This document shows, piece by piece, positions 36,068 to 48,204 of a DNA stretch of 64,000 nucleotides. How positions within the stretch are numbered: position 1 is the first letter of the stretch; the number at the start of each line of letters is the position of its first letter. The DNA is from Thermoproteota archaeon. Its GTDB lineage: Archaea > Thermoproteota > Thermoprotei > Thermofilales > B9-G17. The stretch spans positions 352,001 through 416,000 of the forward strand of contig JAPDJW010000002.1 in NCBI GenBank assembly GCA_029258885.1, written 5' to 3'. The position numbers and the translations under genes were made by a program. The notes beneath the pieces are model-generated. The model saw nothing but the letters and a program-made list of their open reading frames with translations. It had not been told where the DNA came from and searched no databases.

Positions 36068-37482
36068 CTGCCCATCCTATACGGGCTCTTCTCAAGTAGC
36101 GGCCGCTTTTCCTCCAGTGTCTCCTTCTTTATCCTCGTTAGTTCCTCATCCGGCAGAATTGCAAGTATCTCCCACGCTAGATCTAACGTCTCATCTATGT
36201 CCCTGTTCTCGTATTCTCCCTGATTAATAAACCTATTCTCAAACTCCTCAGCGAACTTTAGGTATCGCCTATCTATAGGAGATAGGTTCTCCTCACCGAT
36301 TATTAATGCCAACGCTCTTATGTCCTGTGCTCTCGCATACGAGCTATATAGCTGATTACTAACCTCTGCGTGATCCTTCCTAGTTTTCCCAGGACCTATA
36401 CCCTTTGGCATAAGCCTAGATAGGCTATCTAAAACGTATACCGGCGGATATATACCCTTAGCATGCAGTACTCTGCTGAGCACTATTTGCCCCTCGGTGA
36501 TATATCCCGTTAGATCCGGTATTGGGTGAGTTATATCATCGCCCGGCATCGTCAGTATGGGGAGCTGTGTTATACTGCCCTTCCTACCCTTTATCCTGCC
36601 AGCCCTCTCATATATGCTAGCTAGATCAGTATACATGTATCCCGGATACCCCTTCCTGCTGGGAACTTCCTCTCTTGCTGCGCTTAATTCTCTTAGTGCC
36701 TCACAGTAGTTAGTCATGTCTACGAGAATAACGAGCACATGGAGGTCGTATGTAAATGCTAGGAACTCGGCTACAGTTAAAGCTATTCTGGGAGTAATTA
36801 TTCTCTCAATGGTCGGATCACTCGCCAGGTTTAGGAAAAGTACCGACCTATTTATTGCACCGCTTTCCTCAAGCGATTTCCTGAAGAATAATGCATCGTC
36901 ATACTTAACACCCAATGCAGCAAATATTACCGCGAAGTCTTCATGACCGCTGATAGTCCTAGCCTGCCTAGCTATTTGGGCAGCAATTCTATTGTGCGGA
37001 AGACCTGAACAGGAGAATAGGGGCAGCTTCTGTCCCCTAACCAGCGAGTTCATTCCATCTATAACCGATATCCCTGTTTGAATGAAGTCTGTCGGATAAT
37101 CCCTCATATAGGGGTTTATAGGCATCCCATTAACATCCAGAAAATCTTCAGGTATCGGCATGGGGAGCCCATCTAAGGGCTCTCCTCTGCCGTTGAATAT
37201 TCTTCCCAACATATCGTAGGATACCGGGATCTCTAACGTTCTACCCAGCATCCTCACCCTAGTGCCTTTAAGGGGCAGGCCGGACGTGCCCTCGAAAACC
37301 TGAACCACTGCATAGTCAGTCGCTACTTCTATAACTTGGCCCAACCTAGGCCTGCCGTCGGGACCGTATACCTCCACTAGTTCTCTATATCCAACGTCCT
37401 TAGTCTTCTCAATTATTAGCAGGGGACCTCTAATCTCCTTAATGCTCGAATACTCAACCTCTCCCAGATACCTACGTGACAT
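36064..37482 (-). CDS. atpB: A1Ao ATP synthase subunit B
   Basis: [38 protein letters not shown]. Confidence 0.97.
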   Translation of the reverse strand: MSRRYLGEVEYSSIKEIRGPLLIIEKTKDVGYRELVEVYGPDGRPRLGQVIEVATDYAVVQVFEGTSGLPLKGTRVRMLGRTLEIPVSYDMLGRIFNGRGEPLDGLPMPIPEDFLDVNGMPINPYMRDYPTDFIQTGISVIDGMNSLVRGQKLPLFSCSGLPHNRIAAQIARQARTISGHEDFAVIFAALGVKYDDALFFRKSLEESGAINRSVLFLNLASDPTIERIITPRIALTVAEFLAFTYDLHVLVILVDMTNYCEALRELSAAREEVPSRKGYPGYMYTDLASIYERAGRIKGRKGSITQLPILTMPGDDITHPIPDLTGYITEGQIVLSRVLHAKGIYPPVYVLDSLSRLMPKGIGPGKTRKDHAEVSNQLYSSYARAQDIRALALIIGEENLSPIDRRYLKFAEEFENRFINQGEYENRDIDETLDLAWEILAILPDEELTRIKKETLEEKRPLLEKSPYRMGR

Positions 37483-39256
37483 AAGTTTTCACCCTATTCT
37501 CTCTAATTAAAACCTTAAATTGTTCCTCAAGCTTCCTCGCCCATTCGTCCATTTTATCAGCTTCCTCATTACCTATATTCTCCTTTAGCCTAATGAGCTC
37601 ACTTATCATCTTTAGTGAACTTATTTTCTCGAATGGAACGCCCGCCTTTAGAGCCTTCACAGAATTTTCATAGAACATCAAGCACAGCTTAAGAAGTTTA
37701 ACCTGTCTCCAATCAACACAATAGCTATCTATTTTACTGAAGGCATCCTGTTGCAGAAATCCCTCCCTCAATATTCTAGCTACAAGTAGGACAAGCCGCT
37801 CCTCTGGTGGAAGAACCTCCGGACCCAGCAGTTTAACTATCTCCTTAAGCTCATCCTCTTTCTGTAACAGCTTTAATGCAGTATCCCTGTTCCTCCTCCA
37901 TTCGGGATCTATTTTAGACCACCACTTCTCAACCGAGTCCACGTAAGCTGAGTAGCTTATCATCCAGTTTATGGCAGGATAATGTCTAGCATAGGCTAGA
38001 GCGGTATCTAGGCCCCAAAACACCTTAGTAAACCTTAATGTATGGGTGGTTACTGGCTCAGTGAAGTCTCCACCAGGCGGTGAGACGGCTCCTATGACTG
38101 TAACCGATCCTATTCTCCCAGGATTACCTAAACACTTAACTCTTCCCGCTCTCTCATAGAACTCAGCTATCCTCGATGCAAGATAGGATGGATAGCCCTC
38201 CTCAGCTGGCATTTCTTCAAGCCTTCCAGAGACTTCTCTTAAAGCCTCAGCCCACCTACTGGTTGAGTCAGCGACCAATACGACGTCGTAACCCATATCC
38301 CTAAAGTATTCGGCAATTGTCACGCCGGTATATATGCTAGCCTCCCTCGCGGCCACAGGCATGTTTGAGGTATTAGCTATAAGCACGGTTCTATCCATCA
38401 GTGGCTTTCCTGAGTATGGGTCTTTAAGCTTCGGAAACTTTATCAGTATCTCAGTCATCTCGTTGCCTCTTTCGCCGCATCCAACATATATAACGATGTT
38501 TGCATCAGACCAAGCAGCTATCTGATGCAGAAGAACTGTTTTACCGGTGCCGAAGCCTCCTGGAATACATGCTGAACCCCCCTTTGCTACCGGAAAGAAC
38601 GTATCTATAACCCTAGTTCCAGTAATTAAGGGTACTTCGGGGGGCACCTTATACGTAAATGGCCTAGGTATTCTGACAGGCCACGACTGAACCATTGTGA
38701 GGGGGTGTTTAACTCCCTCCGCCTCCACGACAGCTATTGGCTCATTAATAGCGTATTCGCCCTCGTCAACTATTTCAACTATCCTTCCACGGACTCCCGG
38801 GGGAACCATTATCTTATGTAGAACTAGCTCGGTCTCCTTAACAGTACCTATTACGTCGCCCGGAGAGACCCTATCATCCCTTTTTAATCTGGGCTTAAAG
38901 TGCCATTTCTTATCCTTAGGTAAGGGGTCAACCTTAACTCCCCTAGAAATGAAGGCTCCTGTTTTAAGTGCTATAAGGTTTAGCGGACGCTGTATTCCAT
39001 CGAATATGCTTCCTATTAAACCGGGGCCAAGCTTAACTGAAAGCGGTTTTCCGGTGCTTACAACCGGTTCTCCGGGCTTTATGCCCGTCGTATCCTCGTA
39101 AACCTGTATATACGCATTGTCCCCCTCTATTCTGATAACCTCGCCTATAAGCCCTTCTTCACCGACCATTACAAGCTCGTACATCTTTGATCTAGCCATT
39201 CCCAAGGCCTTAACTACTGGACCGCTTATCCAGATTATTTTACCTTTTACCGACAT
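37472..39256 (-). CDS. atpA: A1Ao ATP synthase subunit A (no intein)
   Basis: [23 protein letters not shown]. Confidence 0.97.
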   Translation of the reverse strand: MSVKGKIIWISGPVVKALGMARSKMYELVMVGEEGLIGEVIRIEGDNAYIQVYEDTTGIKPGEPVVSTGKPLSVKLGPGLIGSIFDGIQRPLNLIALKTGAFISRGVKVDPLPKDKKWHFKPRLKRDDRVSPGDVIGTVKETELVLHKIMVPPGVRGRIVEIVDEGEYAINEPIAVVEAEGVKHPLTMVQSWPVRIPRPFTYKVPPEVPLITGTRVIDTFFPVAKGGSACIPGGFGTGKTVLLHQIAAWSDANIVIYVGCGERGNEMTEILIKFPKLKDPYSGKPLMDRTVLIANTSNMPVAAREASIYTGVTIAEYFRDMGYDVVLVADSTSRWAEALREVSGRLEEMPAEEGYPSYLASRIAEFYERAGRVKCLGNPGRIGSVTVIGAVSPPGGDFTEPVTTHTLRFTKVFWGLDTALAYARHYPAINWMISYSAYVDSVEKWWSKIDPEWRRNRDTALKLLQKEDELKEIVKLLGPEVLPPEERLVLLVARILREGFLQQDAFSKIDSYCVDWRQVKLLKLCLMFYENSVKALKAGVPFEKISSLKMISELIRLKENIGNEEADKMDEWARKLEEQFKVLIRENRVKTYVT

Positions 39257-39861
39257 TAATTCTCACCAAAGAGAACCTTATAGACTCTAGGTCTGAGTAG
39301 ATGTTTAATTTTCTTCAGCCTAGTTTCAAACGTGTTATCAATGATTATCGTCTTATCAGGGTTATATATGATAACTCCGCCTACGCTATCTATTCTCCGC
39401 TTAACTTCAATCCTTATTCCATGCTTCTCCTCAAGTTTACCCTTTATATCCATCAGTAGGTCGACATCCCTTATGCTAACATCCACATGAACTACCTTAG
39501 TATCCATAAAAGCTATACCTTCCTCTACAAGTTTCTCCAGAATCCTACCATATTTTTCATCTCTCTTCAAGCTAGATATTCTAGTTAATGCCTCATCAAA
39601 TATACTTTCTAAATACTCATTATACCTCATGCTCCATTCCTTCCTAAACTTCATATCATATTTGCTTTTAGCCTCTCTAACTTTACTTTCCAGCTCAGAA
39701 AGCTCGGCTTTATAGTGCATTACAGCTTCTTCATATATCCTTCTACACTCGCTATTAAGCCTGAAGAGGATATTCTTCTCCTTCTCATCTATCTCTCTAA
39801 CTATTTCATTCCTAAAGCGTTCCAGAACTTGATCAATTATATTCCTCAACACCTCGTCCAT
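39256..39861 (-). CDS. atpE: A1Ao ATP synthase subunit E
   Basis: GGVII...[10 protein letters not shown]-terminal motif. Confidence 0.85.
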   Translation of the reverse strand: MDEVLRNIIDQVLERFRNEIVREIDEKEKNILFRLNSECRRIYEEAVMHYKAELSELESKVREAKSKYDMKFRKEWSMRYNEYLESIFDEALTRISSLKRDEKYGRILEKLVEEGIAFMDTKVVHVDVSIRDVDLLMDIKGKLEEKHGIRIEVKRRIDSVGGVIIYNPDKTIIIDNTFETRLKKIKHLLRPRVYKVLFGEN

Positions 39862-39869
39862 ACTCTCCC

Positions 39870-40175
39870 CTACGTTCTAAATCCTATAACCTTCTTGAGT
39901 ATACGACTATAATCCAGAACTACTCGCTCCCGCTCCTTTCTAGACGGAATTCTAATGACTGCAGGATAGGGCTTCTTCAGCCTATACGAATTTATAGTAT
40001 CCTCTATATCCTTTGCATAGTTCTCAGTTAATATTATTAAGCCAATGTCTCTCTCAGTCATATACTTTTCAAACTGTTTAAGCATTTCAGAACTACTGTT
40101 GACTGGCACGGGAGTTACTCCAAGAACTGAAAATGCTAAAACTGTATCTTCATCGCCTATTACCACAATTTTCAT
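39870..40175 (-). CDS. atpF: A1Ao ATP synthase subunit F
   Basis: MKIVVIGDEDTVLAF...GLIILTE. Confidence 0.9.
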   Translation of the reverse strand: MKIVVIGDEDTVLAFSVLGVTPVPVNSSSEMLKQFEKYMTERDIGLIILTENYAKDIEDTINSYRLKKPYPAVIRIPSRKERERVVLDYSRILKKVIGFRT

Positions 40176-40256
40176 TTTTAAATCCCTATTATCCTTTGGC
40201 GAGTTTATTATGTTAAGTTAAATATATAAATGCTACTTGATGGGATATTTAACTAA

Positions 40257-40784
40257 ATGATGAATTCATCTAGGCAGGAAAAAGGCTGGTTGAATTTAGT
40301 CAAACATATATATGAATTAGTTAAAGGGAAAAAAGTCCTTTTTGTGTGTATGGGAAACGAGCTCATGGGCGACGATGGGGTGGGAGTTTATATTGCCGAG
40401 AGGCTTCGCGAAAAAGGGCTTGAAGATAAGGTATTAAACGTGGGAATATACCTTGAAAACTACTTAGGCAAGATATGTATGGCTAAACCAGATGTAGTGA
40501 TATTCATTGACGCTATAGATGCTAAAAGGAGGCCGGGGGATATCGTTATAGGCAGGCTCCCCGATATTGAAAGAGAAGTAACGTTGATATCTACTCATGG
40601 AATGCCCCTCTCAACAGCATTAAAAATATTACGTAATACCATAGGTTTCATTGAGGCGTACATAATTGGGATACAGATAGAACGTGCAAGAATAGGCGAA
40701 AAAATGTCTAAAAATATTGAAAGTGTAGGGATTTTAGTAGCTGAAGCCTTATATAACGCTATAGTTTTTCATAGAGTGAAATAA
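40257..40784 (+). CDS. hycI: Hydrogenase maturation endopeptidase (HycI type)
   Basis: MGNELMGDDGVG, FIDAID, STHGMPL. Confidence 0.9.
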   Translation: MMNSSRQEKGWLNLVKHIYELVKGKKVLFVCMGNELMGDDGVGVYIAERLREKGLEDKVLNVGIYLENYLGKICMAKPDVVIFIDAIDAKRRPGDIVIGRLPDIEREVTLISTHGMPLSTALKILRNTIGFIEAYIIGIQIERARIGEKMSKNIESVGILVAEALYNAIVFHRVK

Positions 40785-40863
40785 TTAAACTGTTTTATTA
40801 TTTATATAAATATTTCTCATTTTATTCTTAAATAAAATAAATAATAAAATAAATTAAATTCTT

Positions 40864-42387
40864 TTAAGTATGAATCGAGGATGGAGCGGTTCTAAGGATG
40901 TAATGTAAGAACTTATTGATTTGATTAACGATGGATGTTGGATAAATCCCTAGTAATACTAAGATTATAACTAAAGTTATAATTGGTATTAGCATCTCAT
41001 AGGGTTCTCTTTCTATTTTCTTTAGTTTTTCAAAGGGTTCACCGTAGAATATTCTTTTTATGGTCCATAACCCATAGCCCGCTGTTAATACTGACATAAT
41101 GACGGCAATAGCTGTTATTATAATTCTATAGATGTCGAATCCTCCAGCGATAGCTTTATACATAGAGCCAGCAAATATAAATATCTCGCTCCAAAAGCCA
41201 AGTAGAGGAGGTACTCCGGCAAGGCTAAGGAAGCTAATTAATGTAGCTGTAGTAGTAGTTGGCATTAAACTAGCTAATCCTCTGAGTTCTGAGATATCCC
41301 TGGTTTTAAATTCATGAATAAATATTCCAGAAATCATAAATAGGACTGCCTTTGCTAAGCCATGACTTATGTAGAGAAGAACTGCTCCTAATATCCCTAG
41401 TGTTGAAGCTGAAGATATTCCAAATAACATGTAACCCATCTGACTTATACTGGAATAGGCTAATAAACGCTTTATGTCATTTTGTGCTAAGGCCATTAAT
41501 CCGCCGTAAACCATAGTAATTAAGGCTAACAATGATAGTCCTATCATGAACGGCCATAGTTCTATCAAGCTTGGAAAAGCTTCGTAAATTATCCTTATGG
41601 ATGCATAACCGCCTATTCCTATCATAGCGGGTGAAAGTAGTGCACTAATTGGCGTGGGTGCTTCGGCATGCGCATCGGGTAACCAGCTATGCAATGGAAA
41701 TATCGCCATTTTTATGAAAAACCCGACTAAGATTGCTATGACTGTTGGAATTATTGCTTCGTAGCTCAAATTTTTCGTAATATCTGCTATTTGTGTGATA
41801 TCCAGTGTACCTGTCATGGAGTACGTTGAGGCTATGCCTGCGAGTAAAAAGAGAGCTCCTATTTCTGTAAACATGAAGTATTTAAATGCTACTAATTCCT
41901 TTTTCCCTGTTCCCCAGATACCTATTAAAGCCCAGGATGGCAGTAGCATAAATTCAAAGAATATAAAGAATGCCACTAAGTTAATGGCTAATACTGTACC
42001 GATCATTCCTGAAGAGTACATTAAATAAAGGCTGAAGTATATGTTCAATTTTTCTTTCCCTTTCATGTAATACATTGAATAGATAGCTAGTACTGTTGAG
42101 AGAAGCGCTATAGTTAATGCTATGGGTGCACTTAAACCATCCGCTAATAAGACAAATTTTCCTAGATAGGGAGTCCAGTTATAAGATGCTTTTAGCTCTC
42201 CATTCCAAGATTCGAGGCTAAGGTTAACATACAACAATAGTATAGTAGAGTATAGCAATGGAGCAAAGCTAAGCCATCCAGTTTTTTCTTTAAGTTTTCT
42301 ACCTGCTAGCAATGTTATAATGGAAAATACTAAGGGTACAAATAATACTTGGATTAATATTCCATACCTATCTTCCATCTTTATCAC
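40864..42387 (-). CDS. Antiporter-like subunit (NuoM-like) of group 4 hydrogenase
   Basis: FFEFMLLP, KMAIFPLHSWLPDAHAEAP, LLAYSSISQMG. Confidence 0.88.
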   Translation of the reverse strand: MIKMEDRYGILIQVLFVPLVFSIITLLAGRKLKEKTGWLSFAPLLYSTILLLYVNLSLESWNGELKASYNWTPYLGKFVLLADGLSAPIALTIALLSTVLAIYSMYYMKGKEKLNIYFSLYLMYSSGMIGTVLAINLVAFFIFFEFMLLPSWALIGIWGTGKKELVAFKYFMFTEIGALFLLAGIASTYSMTGTLDITQIADITKNLSYEAIIPTVIAILVGFFIKMAIFPLHSWLPDAHAEAPTPISALLSPAMIGIGGYASIRIIYEAFPSLIELWPFMIGLSLLALITMVYGGLMALAQNDIKRLLAYSSISQMGYMLFGISSASTLGILGAVLLYISHGLAKAVLFMISGIFIHEFKTRDISELRGLASLMPTTTTATLISFLSLAGVPPLLGFWSEIFIFAGSMYKAIAGGFDIYRIIITAIAVIMSVLTAGYGLWTIKRIFYGEPFEKLKKIEREPYEMLIPIITLVIILVLLGIYPTSIVNQINKFLHYILRTAPSSIHT

Positions 42388-42392
42388 CCCCG

Positions 42393-44507
42393 TTATTTAA
42401 AACCTATAAGTATGAAAACTAAAATTAAAATACCTATTATTATTCCAATGACGTTATGATTTAATACTCCAGTATGGGTTTTCCTAAATATCCTGCTGAA
42501 GTCGATTATAAGCGAGGCAGTTAGATAGTTCGCTTTATCTATTATATTTATTTCGAGATTTTTGAACATAGTATCACTAATAAAGGTTACTTTTTTGGCT
42601 AAAACATAATTGAATCTATCTATAGTGGCGATTTCCAAGTCTTTAAATACTCTACGACTTGCAATAATTACGGGATTTACAACTAACTTGTAGTAAGCTT
42701 TATTGAGGAACCAGCGTTTATAGAAGAAAAAGTGGAGTGATCTTAGTAATGCATTTTTTGATATAAGTTCATAATGATTTATCCACCTTTTAACATAAGT
42801 AATATAGGAGAGGGTCGAGCCAATGATAAGAGCAGCAGTAGAGGATGCTAATGTCACAAAAGTTTTTGACTCAATTTCTCCAATTTTGTCTATAGTGTGG
42901 TTTATTGTTATATAGTGAGATAGATATTCTGAAAAGAGATGTTCAAGGAAAATTTTTGAGAAAATTCCTGTTATGCCTAGACCTATTGTTCCAACGACTA
43001 ATAATGCAATTGGTATTAACATAATGGTTGATACTTCATGAATATGATGTCCTTGTCTCTTTAGTTCTCTTATATGATCGCTTTCTTGACCCAAAAATGT
43101 GAGACTAATCATTCTCACACTATAGAATGATGTTAAAGCGGCAGTTATTACACCTATTATAAATACTAGATATTGGTCTGACACTAAAGCTGATTCAAGA
43201 ATCATATCTTTACTCCAAAATCCACTAAATAACAATGGAACGCCCATAAGAGAAAATGATGCAAGAGTCATTAATAAGAATGTTATAGGCATATATTTTC
43301 TTAAGCCTCCAAAGTCCCTTAGGAATCTAGACTCAGCTGAATGAAGCACGGCACCAGCTGACAGGAATAATGCTGCTTTAAACAAAGCATGGCTAACTAG
43401 GTGAAACACACTTCCAACATATCCAATTATGAATTCGTGTGCTAAACCGCTAGTTCCGAGAGCCATCATCATGTATCCCAGCTGGCTGAGTGTTGAATAT
43501 GCTAATACCTTTTTTAATTCTGTTGAGACTAGAGCTTGGGTAGCAGCTATGAATGATGTTAAAGTACCTATCCACATAACTATAATGAAGAATAAAATTA
43601 GTTCGGAATAATGTAGTGACCATGAATAAACTATGGGAAATAATCTTGCGACAAGATATACCCCTGCTTTAACCATTGTCGCCGCGTGTATAAGCGCGCT
43701 AACGGTTGTTGGACCAGCCATCGCATCTGGAAGCCACTCCATTAAGGGCAGTTGGGCAGATTTTCCTATCGGACCTACAAATATGAGAACTAAGCCTATT
43801 ACAACAAGCCACGTTAAGTTCTCAGGTGGCACTAGCTCTGCTATCTCAGTAAAGCTTAATGTACCTAAAATAGAGAGGATTATAAATGCGCCAACAAGCA
43901 TAAATACATCACCGAGCCTAGTGACTATAAACGCTTTTAATCCACAGTGGGATGGAGGATAAGCTTCATCGCCCTCTCCAACCCAGCATTTAAGCCAATC
44001 CTCTTTAGAATCCCTATACCAGAATCCTATGAGTGCATAGCTACATAATCCCACGCCCTCCCATCCAAACAGCATCTGAATAAGGTTCTCCGAAAACACT
44101 AGCAGTAGCATATTTCCTATGAAGAAGTTCATGAAGAACCAGTACCTCGTTAAGCCTGGATCGCCGTGCATGTAGTCAAGCGAGTACACCATTATTAGGA
44201 AGCTGATAATCGCAATTACGTTAGCCATTATAATGCTCAATGGATCCACCAATACCCCGACCTTAAGTTCCGACAATATAGGTGTGTCGAGCTTTATCCA
44301 AGTATAGGATTTATGTAGCGGCCACCTATTTTCAGTAAACAGCAGTGGTAGGAGCGTTATTGTGGAGATTGCAGCTAGCATCGAGAAAAATACCGCTAAG
44401 TAATCCCTAAGCTTACTATTTATCCTCGCCGCAATCGGCGTGAGTAGTGCGCCTAAAAGGGGGAATATCCAGCTTAACCAAGCCGAAATCTCCCAATACT
44501 CCATCAT
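42393..44507 (-). CDS. Antiporter-like subunit (NuoL/MrpA-like)
   Basis: GWEGVG, GKSAQLPL..WLPDAMAGPT, IHAATMV, AYST.SQLG; C-terminal lateral helix. Confidence 0.9.
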   Translation of the reverse strand: MMEYWEISAWLSWIFPLLGALLTPIAARINSKLRDYLAVFFSMLAAISTITLLPLLFTENRWPLHKSYTWIKLDTPILSELKVGVLVDPLSIIMANVIAIISFLIMVYSLDYMHGDPGLTRYWFFMNFFIGNMLLLVFSENLIQMLFGWEGVGLCSYALIGFWYRDSKEDWLKCWVGEGDEAYPPSHCGLKAFIVTRLGDVFMLVGAFIILSILGTLSFTEIAELVPPENLTWLVVIGLVLIFVGPIGKSAQLPLMEWLPDAMAGPTTVSALIHAATMVKAGVYLVARLFPIVYSWSLHYSELILFFIIVMWIGTLTSFIAATQALVSTELKKVLAYSTLSQLGYMMMALGTSGLAHEFIIGYVGSVFHLVSHALFKAALFLSAGAVLHSAESRFLRDFGGLRKYMPITFLLMTLASFSLMGVPLLFSGFWSKDMILESALVSDQYLVFIIGVITAALTSFYSVRMISLTFLGQESDHIRELKRQGHHIHEVSTIMLIPIALLVVGTIGLGITGIFSKIFLEHLFSEYLSHYITINHTIDKIGEIESKTFVTLASSTAALIIGSTLSYITYVKRWINHYELISKNALLRSLHFFFYKRWFLNKAYYKLVVNPVIIASRRVFKDLEIATIDRFNYVLAKKVTFISDTMFKNLEINIIDKANYLTASLIIDFSRIFRKTHTGVLNHNVIGIIIGILILVFILIGFK

Positions 44508-46054
44508 CCATCACCCATAATTTTAAGTTTATACGTATAACCTATAAGTGTTTTAACAGATTCATTAATTAGGTCTAGAACCGGAGCTATAAACAGCGTT
44601 AGCAGTATGCATATACAGGCCAAAATAGCAACAGGGATGACCATCGACGGGCTAACTTCCCTTATCTTTGACAGCTGTTCTCCGGGTTTTCTTAGCGTTA
44701 TTCTCTGAAGTAGCCAGAGGTAATAGCCAGCCGCCACTAGAATATTTACGACGAATACGATGGTTGAGGTATGTAGTAGGGTATCCTTAGGATGCGATAA
44801 CATTGCTATAATTATAAAGAACTTACTCCAGAACCCACTCATCGGTGGAACGCCTGCTAGGTTTAGGAGACCTACCGAAAACGATACAGCTGATACGGGC
44901 ATTTTACGGCCGATACCCTCCAGCTTAGCAATATTCCTGGTTTTAGCCTGCTTTATAAAACATCCAGCGCCGAGGAAGAGAAGTCCCTTACCGACAGCGT
45001 GGTTTAACACGTGGAATAGTGAACCCAGTAGAGCGAGGGAAACAGCAGCAATATCGCTTGGGTAGAAGTGCGCTATATATGTGGATACACCCAGTCCAAG
45101 TATGATGTAGCCCATGTTAGCTATGCTCGAGTACGCTAGAAACCTCTTTATGTCCTTCTGCAGTATCACCATAATGTTTGCAACGCTCATGGTAAGAAGG
45201 CCGAATAATATGAGTATATGCCCGTAAAGGAACCCTGTCGGGAAGAAAACGGCGTATAGCGACCTAAATATTACGTATGCTCCTGTCTTAATGACCACCC
45301 CAGAGAGCATAGCACTTATGGAGCTTGGAGCAGCGGGATGAGCATCCGGAAGCCATGTATGAAACGGTACAATGGCGGCAGTAACGCCAAATCCAGCTAT
45401 GATCATAGCTATAATGAAGTACAGCGTAGATGTAGAGATAGATTCTGTACCTGAGGATATTATCTGTGAAAGCTCCGAGAAGTTTAGGGTTCCAGCTATC
45501 CCGTAGAGAAGCGATATGCTGTATAGAGCTATGAGCGATCCAATAGTACTCATAACTAGGTACTTAAATCCGGCCTCAACCGCCTCCCACCTATGCTTTC
45601 TGAACGAAACCAGAGTATAGGATGATATACACATTAGTTCCCAGAAGACATAGAGTGTGAAGAGGTCGTTAGCCATCGTTACTCCTATCATGCCAGCGAC
45701 GAGGGTTAAGAGTAGTGCATAGTATTCATCGAGCCCCGTTTCTCCACTCATGTAGCCTACCGAATATATAGACACCATTAAGCCGAGGAAACTGAATATT
45801 AACGACATATAGGCGCTGAAGCTATCTATCCTAATCTCAATCGAGGCCCAGGATGGCTCCAGCTTCACAGCATAGTATAGAGGAAGTTTCCCGGAGTATA
45901 TGAGATAGCTGAAGTAGCAGGTAGTGACTAGGAAAGCTAGAATTGCCCATGCATCGCGTATCTTTTCAAATCTTATTTTTCTGGAAAACATACCAACTAG
46001 CGGCGTAGCTACGCTACCTCCTAAAAGTGTAAGTAATGGTAACATGGGATTCAT
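44504..46054 (-). CDS. Antiporter-like subunit (NuoN/MrpD-like)
   Basis: VFWELM, PFHTWLPDAHPAAP, LAYSSIANMG. Confidence 0.88.
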   Translation of the reverse strand: MNPMLPLLTLLGGSVATPLVGMFSRKIRFEKIRDAWAILAFLVTTCYFSYLIYSGKLPLYYAVKLEPSWASIEIRIDSFSAYMSLIFSFLGLMVSIYSVGYMSGETGLDEYYALLLTLVAGMIGVTMANDLFTLYVFWELMCISSYTLVSFRKHRWEAVEAGFKYLVMSTIGSLIALYSISLLYGIAGTLNFSELSQIISSGTESISTSTLYFIIAMIIAGFGVTAAIVPFHTWLPDAHPAAPSSISAMLSGVVIKTGAYVIFRSLYAVFFPTGFLYGHILILFGLLTMSVANIMVILQKDIKRFLAYSSIANMGYIILGLGVSTYIAHFYPSDIAAVSLALLGSLFHVLNHAVGKGLLFLGAGCFIKQAKTRNIAKLEGIGRKMPVSAVSFSVGLLNLAGVPPMSGFWSKFFIIIAMLSHPKDTLLHTSTIVFVVNILVAAGYYLWLLQRITLRKPGEQLSKIREVSPSMVIPVAILACICILLTLFIAPVLDLINESVKTLIGYTYKLKIMGDG

Positions 46055-46057
46055 ATG

Positions 46058-46366
46058 CTACCACCTCAACCTCCTAAGCTTTCTAGTATCGAGGGTCTTA
46101 TAGTGCCTATAGACATTAATTAAAATAGATAGGGAGACTGCAGCCACAGCGGCTCCAATGGCTATAGATACTATAGCCATCTCCTGAGCCAATGGCTCCA
46201 CCGAGTTTTCCATGAGCCCCATTGCCAGGATATTCAGGTTTACTCCTATTGTAATTATCTCAATTCCAATGACTATCTTAAGCAGGTTTCTCTTAGAGGC
46301 TATACAGTAGAATCCTATCAAAATCATTACTAACGCTACATTTGCATAAAACACCTGAAGGAACAC
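46058..46366 (-). CDS. NuoK/MrpC-like subunit
   Basis: RNLLKIVIGIEI...AIGAAVAAV. Confidence 0.88.
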   Translation of the reverse strand: MFLQVFYANVALVMILIGFYCIASKRNLLKIVIGIEIITIGVNLNILAMGLMENSVEPLAQEMAIVSIAIGAAVAAVSLSILINVYRHYKTLDTRKLRRLRW

Positions 46367-46656
46367 TATCCCTCACCCCCCTCTACCACAACCTCCTCCT
46401 CGGCCTCCTCCACCTTTTCCTCCCTAAAGAGGGCAGACACTGCGGTAGCTGTTGCAAAGAGCATGAAGGCCTGAATTGCGACGTCAACCCACCTATTAGT
46501 CCATATAAAGTAGGTCTTCTCCTCGAATTTGAATTCAATGCTATAGCCTACCCTAGATATCCTAAATATATCCGGATTTATAGCTACGACGTATATCAAC
46601 AGTAGTGCTAGCAGAATTCCGGCAACTACCTCTTCAGCCTTCACTCTTCTCACCAC
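46366..46656 (-). CDS. NuoJ C-terminal-half-like membrane subunit
   Basis: IWTNRWVDVAIQAFML; operon position. Confidence 0.7.
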   Translation of the reverse strand: MVRRVKAEEVVAGILLALLLIYVVAINPDIFRISRVGYSIEFKFEEKTYFIWTNRWVDVAIQAFMLFATATAVSALFREEKVEEAEEEVVVEGGEG

Positions 46657-46885
46657 CTCTCACATGCATAAATGCTAGAAGAAGAACTGTAACTCCGCCA
46701 GCATACACGGAAAGCTGGAAGACGGCAACGTAAGGAGCTCCCATAAGGTAGAATACCACTGAAACAAAGATGTTCATTACTGCAAACGCTAGGATAGATT
46801 TTAGCAAATCCTTTAGCTCGACGGTTATTAATGCAAATATTATCGTTAAAACCGAGAATAAATAGTGAAATATAACCATATCCAT
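46634..46885 (-). CDS. NuoJ N-terminal-half-like membrane subunit
   Basis: MGAPYVAVFQLSVYAGG motif. Confidence 0.8.
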   Translation of the reverse strand: MDMVIFHYLFSVLTIIFALITVELKDLLKSILAFAVMNIFVSVVFYLMGAPYVAVFQLSVYAGGVTVLLLAFMHVRGGEKSEG

Positions 46886-47236
46886 CTACTTCACCACCAG
46901 GGTTTTCTTATCAAAAGCTATATTCTCAAAAATATCAGACATTTCAATAGCCTTCCTCGGGCAGTTTTCGGCGCACTGGCCACAGTATATGCACCTGTAG
47001 ATGTGGAATACAGGCCTCAGTCCTTTCTCGTCCTTAACCATTTCGATGGCTCTAGCTGGACAGACCATGAAGCATATTCTACATCCTATACACTTATCCC
47101 TATGGAATACTATCCTGCCCCTAAATCCCTCCGGGAGATGTACCAGTTCTCTCTCCTTAAAGGGGTAAAGTATGGTGGCGCGTTTCCTAAACAAGTTCCT
47201 GTAGACTTCACTCACCATAAATCCGGGCTTAGGCAT
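46886..47236 (-). CDS. NuoI-like 2x[4Fe-4S] subunit
   Basis: CIGCRICFMVCP and CIYCGQCAENCP. Confidence 0.92.
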   Translation of the reverse strand: MPKPGFMVSEVYRNLFRKRATILYPFKERELVHLPEGFRGRIVFHRDKCIGCRICFMVCPARAIEMVKDEKGLRPVFHIYRCIYCGQCAENCPRKAIEMSDIFENIAFDKKTLVVK

Positions 47237-48204
47237 CAGTATATCACCCTCGCTAGGAGCACGGATATTAGAGCTAAGGGTATGAGGTACTTCCAGGATA
47301 TGTTAATCATCTGGTCGATCCTCATTCTAGCAAATATAGCCCTTAAAGTAGTGAGAATCAGTAGGATCACTATAGACTTTAACACAAAGTACAGTGTATA
47401 TAGTAGTGGCTCTAGTCCCGGTATGACTGGTCCAGCCGGGCCTCCGAGGAATAGGGCGGCACCTAAACCACATAGCAGTAATGTTTCAATATCTCTACCA
47501 ATTCTAAATAAGGCTAGTTTCTTCCCTGAGAACTCGACGAGCCAGCCAGCCACTATCTCCTGTTCGGCTTCAGGGATGTCGAATGGAACTCTCTCCAGTT
47601 CTGCCTGAGCCGTAATAACAAAGATTATAAATGATAGGATGTGGGGTCCGAAGACGTACCATAGCCCGCTCTGCTTTTCAACTATATTTCTTATCGTAAG
47701 TGAGTTAGCCGTTAAAGCTACGCTGATAATTGATAACATAAACGGTATTTCGTATCCTATGAGCTGGAGCATAGCTCTTTCAGCACCTATCGTAGCAAAC
47801 CTATTTACGGAGGCTATACCCGCCGTGTACACAATTATCGAAATTATAGTTAACGATGCAACGAAGAATATCAAGTCCCCGGTGAACGATATAACTCCAG
47901 ATGTGCTGTAAATCGGCAGCAGGAGTGTCAACAATAGATTTAATGTAAAGAATATTATCGGCGTTAACGTGAACAAGAGCTTGTCAGCAGCTTGGGGTGT
48001 GATATCCTCTTTAGCTACCAATTTTATAAAGTCGGCTAGAGGTTGGAGTATTCCATGAGGTCCTGCGTAGAGTGGCCCCACTCTATTTTGGAGCCTAGCA
48101 TAAAACTTCCTATCTATCCACTCGTATAGGAGCGAAAGCAGACCTATGAACGTGAAGCCTGGAAATACCAGTATCTCCAGTATCTTATACAGGATTTCAA
48201 TCAT
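47236..48204 (-). CDS. NuoH-like membrane subunit (start revised to ATG 48204)
   Basis: RLQNRVGP, LQPLADFIKL, PFDIPEAEQE..AG...EFSG, R.R.DQ. Confidence 0.92.
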   Translation of the reverse strand: MIEILYKILEILVFPGFTFIGLLSLLYEWIDRKFYARLQNRVGPLYAGPHGILQPLADFIKLVAKEDITPQAADKLLFTLTPIIFFTLNLLLTLLLPIYSTSGVISFTGDLIFFVASLTIISIIVYTAGIASVNRFATIGAERAMLQLIGYEIPFMLSIISVALTANSLTIRNIVEKQSGLWYVFGPHILSFIIFVITAQAELERVPFDIPEAEQEIVAGWLVEFSGKKLALFRIGRDIETLLLCGLGAALFLGGPAGPVIPGLEPLLYTLYFVLKSIVILLILTTLRAIFARMRIDQMINISWKYLIPLALISVLLARVIY